Part shown: piece after piece, positions 20,641 to 30,622 of the stretch
How the letters are laid out: each line of letters starts with the position of its first letter
How positions within the stretch are numbered: the first letter of the stretch is position 1
NCBI RefSeq assembly: GCF_001194135.2
Contig: NC_068982.1
Location: forward strand, 62,004,696-62,037,132
Direction of reading: 5' to 3'
DNA from: Octopus bimaculoides
Lineage: Eukaryota
DNA: 32,437 bases
The notes under the pieces: generated by a model
Told to the model about the DNA's origin: nothing
What the model saw: only the letters and a program-made list of their open reading frames with translations
The model's database searches: none
Translations under genes and position numbers: made by a program

Positions 20641-20875
20641 GAGGATGCATGGCCTAGTGGTTAGGATGTTGCATTCATAATCACAGGATCATAGTTTTAA
20701 TTCCCAGACTGGGTGGTGCATTGTGTTCTTGAGCAAATCACTTCATGTAACGTTGCTCTGTGATCACTTCGAAACCATGTATGGCACAAACATTTGATCA
20801 CTATGAACAAATCATTTGTGCTGGTTGTTTGGTAAAAGCTGAACACTCATACATCATCTTCAACTGGAAAGCCCA
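20641..20875 (+). mobile_element. Third tRNA-derived SINE family
   Basis: Clear A-box TGGCCTAGTGGTT (20650-20662), degenerate B-box near 20695-20705, followed by ttgtgttcttgagcaaatcactt. Confidence 0.7.
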
Positions 20876-20894
20876 TTACACACACACACACAGA

Positions 20895-20922
20895 TAGATA
20901 GATAGATAGATANNNNNNNNNN

Positions 20923-20979
<57 letters not shown>

Positions 20980-20980
20980 C
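20895..20980. repeat. (AGAT)n microsatellite spanning an N gap
   Basis: Direct reading. Confidence 0.97.
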
Positions 20981-21800
20981 ATTCATATTTATTTATTATA
21001 TCAAAGTTGACTGTCTAATCTGAATTTCATCCTTAGCCACATTACCCTAGAGACAAGAGAAATATCTAGAGTTTGAATAGGGTTTAAAGTTAAGGGTGTC
21101 AGGGTGGATAAGATGTGAATTATGTGAAATGGTGGGTAATGATATTTTTAGGTGTGTATTGTATTGCAGCTAGAACTAAAACCACTCTATTATAATTGAA
21201 TACCTTTTCTTCATTGAAATTTATTTAGGTATGTTTAAACTTATGACCTTAGATCTTTTGCTCTGCTGGAAGTCCAAAGGTTGGGTTATAGTTTACTAAA
21301 AGATATTTATAGCATATTGTATCTAAATTTATGGTTTTGTATTTCTTGGAATAGACTTTTACTCAAATTCCCTAAGCTGGGAGTCCAAAGGTTAGCTTTA
21401 TGTCTATATAGTGATATAGATATTGTAAATATTTTAAAATTCAATAGGGTGGAAGGTTACTCTAATTTGAGCTTACTTTATTGTTGTTGTCACTAGGAAT
21501 TTTAAAAAATCGAATTTATGGCAGAAAGAAAACCCCTGAAGAAATATAAATAGTGGTAGTAATATTGAAAATAAGGGGTAGAACAATTTAAAATCTTATT
21601 GTAAAATTATGCTAGAGCTAATGTGTGTGTGTGTTGTGTATGTGTACGTATGCATGTATATGCATATATATATATATATGCATATATGAATAATGTATAT
21701 CTGTATATATGCATATATATATACTGTACATGTACATATTTATCTATATATATATGTGTGCATTTATATGTATGTGTGTGTATATGTATATATATATATT

Positions 21801-22082
21801 CTCTTTTACTCTTTTACTCTTTTACTTGTTTCAGTCTTTTGACTGCGGCCATGCTGGAGCACCGCCTTTAGTCGAAGAAATCGACCCCAGGACTTATTCT
21901 TTGGAAGCCTAGTACTTATTCTATCGGTCTCTTTTGCCGAACCACTAAGTTACGGGGACATAAACACACCAGCATCGGTTGTCAAGCGATGTTGGGGGGA
22001 CAAACACAGACACACAAACACACACACACACACACATATATATACACATATACGACGGGCTTCTTTCAGTTTCCGTCTACCA
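21801..22082 (-). mobile_element. Young SINE type A (head in N gap), with a (TAAAAGAG)3 tail
   Basis: CpG-rich copy: ggtcgatttcttcgactaaaggcggtgctccagcatggccgcagtc on the minus strand; ctcttttactcttttactcttttac on the plus strand. Confidence 0.93.
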
Positions 22083-22553
22083 NNNNNNNNNNNNNNNNNN
22101 NNNNNNNNNNNNNNNNNNNNNNNNNNNNNNNNNNNNNNNNNNNNNNNNNNNNNNNNNNNNNNNNNNNNNNNNNNNNNNNNNNNNNNNNNNNNNNNNNNNN
22201 NNNNNNNNNNNNNNNNNNNNNNNNNNNNNNNNNNNNNNNNNNNNNNNNNNNNNNNNNNNNNNNNNNNNNNNNNNNNNNNNNNNNNNNNNNNNNNNNNNNN
22301 NNNNNNNNNNNNNNNNNNNNNNNNNNNNNNNNNNNNNNNNNNNNNNNNNNNNNNNNNNNNNNNNNNNNNNNNNNNNNNNNNNNNNATATATATACATATA
22401 CATAGATATATATATATATATATATATATATATCTATATATACACTCACACATATGTATCCATATACATTGATCTATGCACATAAAAATATAAACACACA
22501 TATCTGCATATATACACACATATATAGATACACATACACGCAGATATAAATCA

Positions 22554-22586
<33 letters not shown>

Positions 22587-23729
22587 TGCACATACATAAA
22601 TATATGTAGTACCCCTTGGAATAAATATCTATATGTGTGTGCATGTGTATATGCGTGCAAGTGTGAGTGTGTGCTTGCATATGTGTGTATGTGTGTGTGT
22701 ATGTGTGTGGAATATACACTTATGCTATAGAGGATATATCATAACAGTTCATATACATAGCTGATAGATTTCATAGCTATAAATGAGTTGACTACAATAT
22801 AATCGTTCAATTTTTCAAACCTTGTTACTAACTCAATCATTACTATGAAGCTACTGATATTAAGCTGTTTGCTTTAATCAATGTAGCCAACAACTTTCAT
22901 TTTTTTTTTTCTTTGCTGAGTGTTTAACAGTTAGAAATGCATCAAGTAACAATGGTATAACAAAGGTGTTACACAAATGTCTGCATTTGCATTAATCATT
23001 CTAGCCAAAAAAAAAATGGGAAAAAGATGGGATCAGATTTCCAAAGAAAATTGTTCTCCCTCTTTCTTTCTCCATGTGTGTGAGTGCGTGTGTTTGTGCC
23101 TGTGTGTGTGTGTGTGCCTGTGTGCATGTGTGTATTTGTGTGTATGTTTGTATTTGTGTGTATGTATAGTTTCCTCGATCTTATATAGAATCAGTAGCAA
23201 TTACTTCTAGGAGTATGTTTGTTTATTTTCACTCAAAGGATAGTTGATTTCTACAAGCCAAGAATTTTTTCATAGAGTATTTAGTATAGCATTCTTTGTC
23301 TTTGCTATACTAGCTCACATTCATATACATATATACATATTTATGTTTATGCATATATGTATGCGTGTATATATGTATTTGCATATACATACACACATAC
23401 ATATGTATATGTGTATACGAGTGTTTGTGTGTGTAATAAATAAAACAAATTTCTATTTATATGTGGTATAAGTTATAAAAACCATTGAATAAGCACGTTA
23501 ACAATATAAAACTTTTTGATGTAGCTGAAACATCATTTATTGTAGGAGGCTATCTGATATTCACCTACTTGTATGTTTGAAATATAATGAAAAAAGCAAT
23601 TTTTAAAAAAAATTCACATTAACTAAAGAACATTTTAGTTTTTTAGGGGCATGAATGAATTTATTACGTGACTATTCAGTTTTAAGCAGTAGGGTAATTC
23701 AACCATCCACTGCTAATATTTCCCGCTCA

Positions 23730-24120
23730 TGTAACTGTCTTAACCTTGTAAATTGCCCATTAAATAATTCAAGTGTTTAAAAATCAATACTTTATTGTGC
23801 AAATCTATTTACGGTTAATAATTCAGTTTCAAAAGATCATATTGGGTTAACTAAAAATAAATTTAAAGGACGATTTAATCAGCATCAATAGTCATTTAGA
23901 AATCCGGAAGAATCTTTGGACCCAAGTTTATTAAAATACATATAATAACAATGTTAAAGACTATAAAACCATCAACACACAAAACCTTATAACCAGGATA
24001 ATAACAGCCCTGACTTTTACCTTACAGAGAAAATAGATATTCTGTTTTATCTTGAACACCAGTTAGGAGTTGAATTTTTTTGTCACCACATATCAAAATA
24101 TTTATTAGAATATTTTGAAT
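23730..24120 (+). mobile_element. Penelope-like element, GIY-YIG endonuclease C-terminal remnant
   Basis: CNCLNLVNCPLNN...KSILYCA, HIGLTKNKFKGRFNQHQ*SFRN (YIG-equivalent at 23838-23846), and KPYNQD...YLTEKIDILF...CHHISKYLL. The pattern matches PLE GIY-YIG domains. Confidence 0.75.
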
Positions 24121-24679
24121 TACCTGATGGCTGAAAACCAAACAGCCGCATAATAAATTCATTTACGGTCTAAAAGAAATCAAAGATTTTCTTTAAATAA
24201 CGTGAATAAAAAATTCGTCTTTTGTGCGGTCACATATCAAAAAGACAAACGGGTGAATGTTCCAGCCACATTAAAAAGTTTTATATTGGTTACGTGCTTA
24301 TTCAAGGGTTTGTATAAGTTATACTATGTATAAATACGATATTGCTTAATTTATTCCAGTGATCGCTTGAAAATCAGTAAAACGTGAAACTAATAGTGGC
24401 AGTTAATGTAATTTCAGCTTAAAATAACACACATACACTCACACATACTCACACAAAGTCACACACATGCTCATGCAAAGACACAGTCATACTCACACAG
24501 AGACACACACAGATACACACTCGCACACACTCATAAAAACAGTTGAGTATATAAATGAAAGGAAAGAGCACGCAATACATGACATGGAGGTTAAGTATTT
24601 GTTTCAACACTTTGTGACTAAAATCTGCATCACTTAATATTTCACAGATGTAAAGTCACATCTAGTCATTCAAATGCTG

Positions 24680-25694
24680 TCAATATAAATGGAGACAGCT
24701 ACAAGTTCTTAAAATATACCGTTTGCTTATATTCTGTATTTGCTGAAGAGTAGGTAGTCATATTTCTTTGAGAACAAGAACCTTTGGTCATCCATATATA
24801 AATTTGGTTTCAAACCATGAGAGTGTCCCCCTCAGATAAATGACCTCAAGAACTTTTAAGCCGATTGATTAATCTGATTAAAAGAGTAAAATTTTGACAC
24901 TGTGCCAATTTTTTCTTTGCTACTTTCAATAATTATATGACACAACACATTTAAAAAAGAAAAAAACAACTTTGAATTTAGACATTCTTTGCTAATAAAA
25001 TAACAACAAAAAAATATGAAACTAGTGGAACAACATCAAGCTCTTATCTAATAACATCTCCAAAACATACAGGTTATCTAACACCGCAATATCAAATGAC
25101 ATAAATACAAAGCAAAGGGGGCCAGCCCTTTTGTTAAACTCAGAAGAAAGAACATGTGGGTCATCCAGCCATACCCCACCTAAATCACCCTTAAGACCAT
25201 GAATCTAATTTCTCTTCCAACTGTAAATTTAGGTTGATAAACCCCTCTAATAATGGTTTAGCCATAGCAGACAAGCATATCTTCAATGCCATCAATTTTG
25301 ATATCAGAAGGATTCAACGAAACTGCATCAAATAATTATACTGTGTTGTAAACAAAGTAACTTGCAGATCTGCCTGGTCTGATATTGTAGGTTTCTAGTT
25401 TTCCAAACTGAAATCATTTCCTCATGAAAGCCCTACACATTAGGATTAGTGTTCCTGATTTTAGAATAATCATACATACTAGAAATCAGTACAATATCAT
25501 GACAATATATGCTTGATCAAAAAGGAAGGTGCTCATTGCTGGGTATTTCTATGGGGAGTTATGATAGGGCTGAGGTAGCAGACCTCGTTACATTACCTAT
25601 CCTGGCTACCCTCAAGAAACACAACTTCTAAACCTTATACAAAGATGATGTCCTTGCAATTTCATATAATATGAATGGCCAAACTATAAGAATA
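24680..25694 (+). mobile_element. Penelope-like element ORF remnant (N-terminus plus RT)
   Basis: KFGFKP*ECPPQINDLKNF, LLSNNISKTY, ITLKDHESNFSSNCKFRLINPS, DIVGF*, SMGSYDRAEVADLV (from 25548) and LYKDDVLAI (YKDD at 25638-25649), across frameshifts. Confidence 0.85.
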
Positions 25695-26582
25695 TGAGGT
25701 CTGATCAATATATATCCGGACTGTTGCCATAGTAACGGAGCTAAAGCACACAGAGTGAAGCTGCTTGACACAGATTGATCTTAAACTCTGCTGTGCATGT
25801 GTACTAAGTTTTAACATTCTAGCTCACTTCCACTGTTTACAGCAGTGCTTGGAAGGAAGATGTGTTGCGAGTGATCGTTGCATTGACCATGACAGAGAAA
25901 GTTGTCATGGCGATGCCTGCTCAGAGGCCAATGCAAAGCTGCAAAAAGTTTATGGAGAGAAGTGTATGAGCCGCAAACAAGTGTATGAGTGATTAAGATG
26001 TTTCCAAGACATCCAGAAAATATTTCGATATTGATGAACGTTCTGGGGAACCTCAACCAGTAGAAGTGAGAAAAACATTGCAGTTAATTGTGCATCTATG
26101 AGAGAAAGTCATCGAATCACCATCCGTGAGTTATCAGAGGACGTGCAGATTAGTTACGGTTCAGTTCAGTCCATTATCACTGAAGATATGGATATGAGAC
26201 GCGTGTCTGCCAAGTTTGTCCCAAAAATGCTTTCTGCTGACCAAAAAGACACTCAGGTTTCAGTTGCAAAAGATCTCTTTGATTGTGTCGAGAACAATGA
26301 AAACTTTTTGAAAACCTTGCATAGACCTTTGAGCAGGTATCGCCAAGCTTTTGGCAAAATTTGATGCAGATTCTCTGCTCAACTTTCTGTGTCATGGTCT
26401 ATGTGATGATCACATGCTACACACGTTTCTTCCAAGCACTGCTGTAAACAGTGGAAGTAAGCTAGAACATTAAAACTTAGTGCACATGCACAACAGGGCC
26501 AATCTGTGCCAAGCAGCTTCACTCTGCATACTTTAGCTTCGTGGCTATGGTAACAGTCCGGATTCTTATTGATCAGACCATG
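25695..26582. mobile_element. 888-bp mariner-derived foldback element with two inverted 5' ends, flanked by TA
   Basis: 25695-25951 and 26301-26582 are inverted homologues (TIR TGAGGTCTGATCAAT / CATGGTCTGATCAAT, 5' UTR, and the MTE/QKV start). The plus-strand transposase runs to ...RRVSAKFVPKML...ENNENFLK. TA at 25693-25694 and 26583-26584. Confidence 0.92.
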
Positions 26583-26584
26583 TA

Positions 26585-26707
26585 ACTTAAAAGAAACCTT
26601 CAAGAAGTTTAGCCTAAGCATATCTATAACCACCAATCTAATGACTATCAACTTCTTAGTGATTGCTTTACAAGGCAAAGCACTATCCTTACAAAAAGCC
26701 TAACACC
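26585..26707 (+). mobile_element. Continuation of the Penelope-like RT after the mariner insertion
   Basis: KETFKKFSLSISITTNLMTINFL...KHYPYKKPNT follows the PLE RT motif order after YxDD. Confidence 0.75.
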
Positions 26708-26898
26708 TCTTGTAGGAAGCATCCAACAAAACAACGGTTATATGGGAATGTACCAACTTTCTCATCAACCATCCAAGAATGGAGACTGAGGTTTGCTGGC
26801 CTCTTCTGGAGAAGTAAGGAAGAACTTGTGAGTCATGTGTTGCTTTGGACACCAAATCATGGTACTACAGTGGCTGGAAGACCACTGAAGATGCATAT
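26708..26898 (+). mobile_element. RTE-like LINE C-terminal fragment (a different family from 4660-5700)
   Basis: SCRKHPTKQRLYGNVPTFSSTIQEWRLRFAGLFWRSKEELVSHVLLWTPNHGTTVAGRPLKMHI. Confidence 0.7.
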
Positions 26899-27425
26899 AA
26901 GCCATACCACGCTCAAACTTGTCTTGTTCTGTTTGGCATCCTGGATCACTTTCCAAATTGAAAAACAATGCTCAATGCATCCAAGGATTCCAGGGACTCC
27001 GGCCTTTTGAACAGATTCATCAACGTATCCATTACTCTGTAGATATGTCATGGTTCTTCTGGAGAGAATTCCCATAAAGATCTTGCCATCTACATTCAAT
27101 AAGGATTTTATTGTCTCTGCATTAGCTTCCTTTGACAGGTATATGCCTTCTGCTTTACACCAATCCTCTACTAGAGTCTCTTCACACCACAGCTGTCGGA
27201 ACAGGACAAAAAGCTTCTTTCATAGATGATTTCAATATTTATATACTTTATGAGACACCATCACCTTCTCGGGTACTCTTTGCCCTGGCTTTTCTCACAA
27301 ATTCATTCACCTCTTTCTCTCTGATGTCTCCAATTTCAAATTCAACATCAGGTTTTAAGAGATGCTTCAGTCCATTTATAGGTAACAGTGGCTGGTTACA
27401 ATTTGGATTGCTATAGGTTTCTTTG
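26899..27425 (-). mobile_element. Non-LTR RT fragment resembling the Hero (RLE-type) clade
   Basis: EVNEFVRKARAKSTREGDGVSYKVYK, WCKAEGIYLSKEANAET, SLLNVDGKIFMGILSRR...SVQKAGVPGILGCIEH...AKQNKTSLSVVWL. Clade assignment is from motif recall. Confidence 0.75.
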
Positions 27426-27427
27426 TA

Positions 27428-28355
27428 CATTTAAACACATAAGAGATGTCCATAATAGGACATCTAACCCGCTAGAAGGAACAGTCAAACTCCAAACCCT
27501 AAATAGGGATAATTTCGGAAGGGAATGAAAAATAAAAACATTTACTATCTATTTCCTGTACCATGATTTCAAGCTATTATCCCCAGACTCAAACTACAGT
27601 AGATCGATCAGATGATCCACACTGCTCTGTCCTCTTCTTGATATATCTTCAATCCTCTCTCAGTTATAAAGGTCCTACAGCACAGCTTGCATCATTTAAT
27701 GCCTGTTTTCCATACTGGCATGGGCTGGATGGTTTGACAAGAGCTGACCAGCTGAAGGGCTGTTCAGGCTCCATGTCTGTTTTGGCATGGTTTCCATGGC
27801 TAGATGCCATTCCTAATGCCAACCACTTTTCAAAATAGACTGGGTGCTCTTTTGCAGCACCTGCATGGGTACTTTTTATGTGGCACCAGCATCTAAGAGC
27901 CTGAAAGATTAGGGATGCTCAGCTGGAGAGAGTTGCAGGGGACAAGCCTGTATGCAAGGGCACCTATGCTTGTAGATCCTGAAATTTATTAATAATGATA
28001 TAATGACTTTTTGGGTAATTTCTGGAAGAAAATCTGCATTTTTTGTATTTGCTGCCGATAAGAAAACTGCACATGCGCGGTTGATATGAAAAATTATAAC
28101 ATATAAGCACGAGGCATGTTCTATGTATTGCCTCATGTTTATATGTTAATCTTGGCTTTCCTGCTGATGATAGCTGGCCTAGCAAATTATTTTATTATGC
28201 TGAAAATAGCTTGAAACCATGGTACAGGAAATAGATAGTAAATGTTTTTATTTTTCATTCCCTTCCGAAATTATCTCTATTTGTGGTTTGGAGTTTGACT
28301 ACTTCTTCTAGCGGGTTAGATGTCCTATTATGAACATCTCTTATGTGTTTAAATG
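27428..28355. mobile_element. Non-autonomous DNA transposon with 151-bp TIRs and TA flanks (928 bp)
   Basis: 27428-27578 versus 28205-28355: 8 mismatches in 151, ungapped. TA at 27426-27427 and 28356-28357. No transposase inside. Confidence 0.93.
27691..27890 (-). mobile_element. RTE-like/SINE 3' tail repeat nested in the TIR element
   Basis: Reverse complement: gtggttggcattaggaatggcatctagcc...cccatgccagtatggaaaacaggcattaaatgat. Confidence 0.8.
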
Positions 28356-29073
28356 TACTCTGTATGTATTTATATGAATAATATATAGTCTATTGACTAG
28401 TTTTTCTTCTCGCTAGACCACTGGTAGCAAAATGATTTTCTAAATTTTTTTTGCTCCTCTGAAATTTATACATATATATTTATATATATATATATATNNN
28501 NNNNNNNNNNNNNNNNNNNNNNNNNNNNNNNNNNNNNNNNNNNNNNNNNNNNNNNNNNNNNNNNNNNNNNNNNNNNNNNNNNNNNNNNNNNNNNNNNNNN
28601 NNNNNNNNNNNNNNNNNNNNNNNNNNNNNNNNNNNNNNNNNNNNNNNNNNNNNNNNNNNNNNNNNNNNNNNNNNNNNNNNNNNNNNNNNNNNNNNNNNNN
28701 NNNNNNNNNNNNNNNNNNNNNNNNNNNNNNNNNNNNNNNNNNNNNNNNNNNNNNNNNNNNNNNNNNNNNNNNNNNNNNNNNNNNNNNNNNNNNNNNNNNN
28801 NNNNNNNNNNNNNNNNNNNNNNNNNNNNNNNNNNNNNNNNNNNNNNNNNNNNNNNNNNNNNNNNNNNNNNNNNNNNNNNNNNNNNNNNNNNNNNNNNNNN
28901 NNNNNNNNNNNNNNNNNNNNNNNNNNNNNNNNNNNNNNNNNNNNNNNNNNNNNNNNNNNNNNNNNNNNNNNNNNNNNNNNNNNNNNNNNNNNNNNNNNNN
29001 NNNNNNNNNNNNNNNNNNNNNNNNNNNNNNNNNNNNNNNNNNNNNNNNNNNNNNNNNNNNNNNNNNNNNNNNN

Positions 29074-30175
29074 ATGTCAAATATTCCATTTTTTTTTAAA
29101 CAAAATTCATCTTTTGCTGAAATAAACTGTCCAAATCTAAGAATGTTTTATCGTTTTTGTAAAGCTCAAAATGCTTAAACAAGTGATGATCAGTAGGAGA
29201 GATATCAGGGGAATAGGGAGAATGTTGCAAAATCTCATAATTCAGGCTTTGCAGCTTTTAGACTGTAGCCTGAGGAGTGTGAGGATGTGCATTGTTGAGG
29301 AGCAAAATTGGGCCATCTCTATTCACTAGTCTGGGTTGCTTCTTTTCCAAATTCTCATGCATACAATCAATTTCCTGGCAATACAATGTTGCTGTTACTT
29401 TCTTTCCTTGTTGCAAAGCTGAATAATGAATAACTCCCTTTGCAGACCACCATACAGAGACCATTAAATTTTTAGGGTGCAATGGTGGGTTTGGGTAGTG
29501 TTTAGGTGACTCTCCTACATCTAATCACTGTCTTGTTCCTCTGCTGTTGTCAAAGAGTATCCATTTCTCATTACAAATAATGATTTGATGCCAAAATGAT
29601 CTTTTTCCAGTCGAGAAAGCAATAAGGAGCACACTTCGAAGCGTCGGTCTTTTTGAATCTCATTCAGTTGATGTGAAACAAACCTATCCGTTTTCTTGAC
29701 TTTTCCAATTTTTTAAAGATGTCCAAAAATAGTTGTGCAAGATGTTTGGAGTTCTGATGAAAGTTTTCGAACCTTTGTTCTTGGATTTTGTTTAACCAAA
29801 GCATTTAATCTATCATACCAAATAACTGATTTTGGCCTACCCTTGGCTTATTTTCAAAGCTATCATCTCCTGAATGAGAGCTTTGGAACCATCTCTGAGC
29901 AGTTCTGATATCAGCAAAACCATTACCAAAGGCCTGCTTGATATTCTGTAGAGCTTCTGCAGCAGAATGACCCAGTTTGTACTCCTACGAGAAAATCACT
30001 CAACATAGTTTGATTGTTATCATTTTCATGAGGTCTGTGGGTATGAATTTTGTATACCAATATTGTTGGGAAAGAAAAAGAGTCAAGATTAAATGCAAGG
30101 TGTACATAATTGAGTTTTTGAGTGACTGAAATAACATGTGATTAAAAATGTGACATTTCTTGTGAAACAACCTAA
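29074..30175 (-). mobile_element. Mariner (DD34D, Hsmar1/cecropia-like) element, decayed; 3' end in an N gap
   Basis: TIR-like TTAGGTTGTTTCAC ends at 30175; start codon at 30029. Motifs EYKLGHSAAEA, FVSHQLNE, CNEKWILFDN, LHPKNLMVSVWWSAKGVIHY, LLLNNAHPH and YSPDISPTD. There are 34 residues between the mutated D2 and D3. Confidence 0.92.
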
Positions 30176-30522
30176 CATATATATATATNNNNNNNNNNNN
30201 TATGTATGTATGTATATATATACATAAAAATATGAGAGAAAAAATGGAATTCATGAGACACTATTATTAACTACATTTGTTTTGACCCATTGTGCCCTGG
30301 TGCCTCATGGGTGAGATGCTGTACAAACAGTTGTGGTGCTTCATAGGTGTAAATATGTCTCATCAGGTGATTTTTTTATTTCTATTTTGCTTATTTCTAT
30401 TACATTTTGGTTGCAGTAGTAGTGTGTTATGTGTCTACTCATATATACATATGCACACTTAAACACACACACATATGCATACGTATACATACATTTGCAT
30501 AAATGTAAATGTTAATACATAT

Positions 30523-30622
30523 ATCATCATCATCATCATTGTTTAACGTCCACTTTCCATGCTGGCATGGGTTGGACAGTTTGACTGAGGGCTGGCAAGC
30601 CAGAAGGCTGCACCAGGCTCCA
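30523..30622 (-). mobile_element. RTE-like/SINE 3' tail repeat
   Basis: catcatcatcattgtttaacgtccactttccatgctggcatgggttggacagtttgactg...ctgcaccaggctcca. Confidence 0.8.

Noticed and set aside
7275-23471. Many long ORFs rich in YI, HT, CV, SL, ER or X
   Set aside because: Read-through of microsatellites and N gaps.
23494-24386. Five ACGTG (HRE/E-box-like) motifs in about 900 bp
   Set aside because: They lie in and around a Penelope-like remnant. The 5-mer is too short to support a regulatory call.
26590-26898. Initial reading as the C-terminal endonuclease of the Hero-like element on the minus strand
   Set aside because: Plus-strand frames give much better continuous matches to PLE RT and an RTE C-terminus.
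28165-28210. CTGATGA ... GCTGAAA in the long-TIR element
   Set aside because: Stem II is only 3 weak pairs and there is no matching stem I or III.
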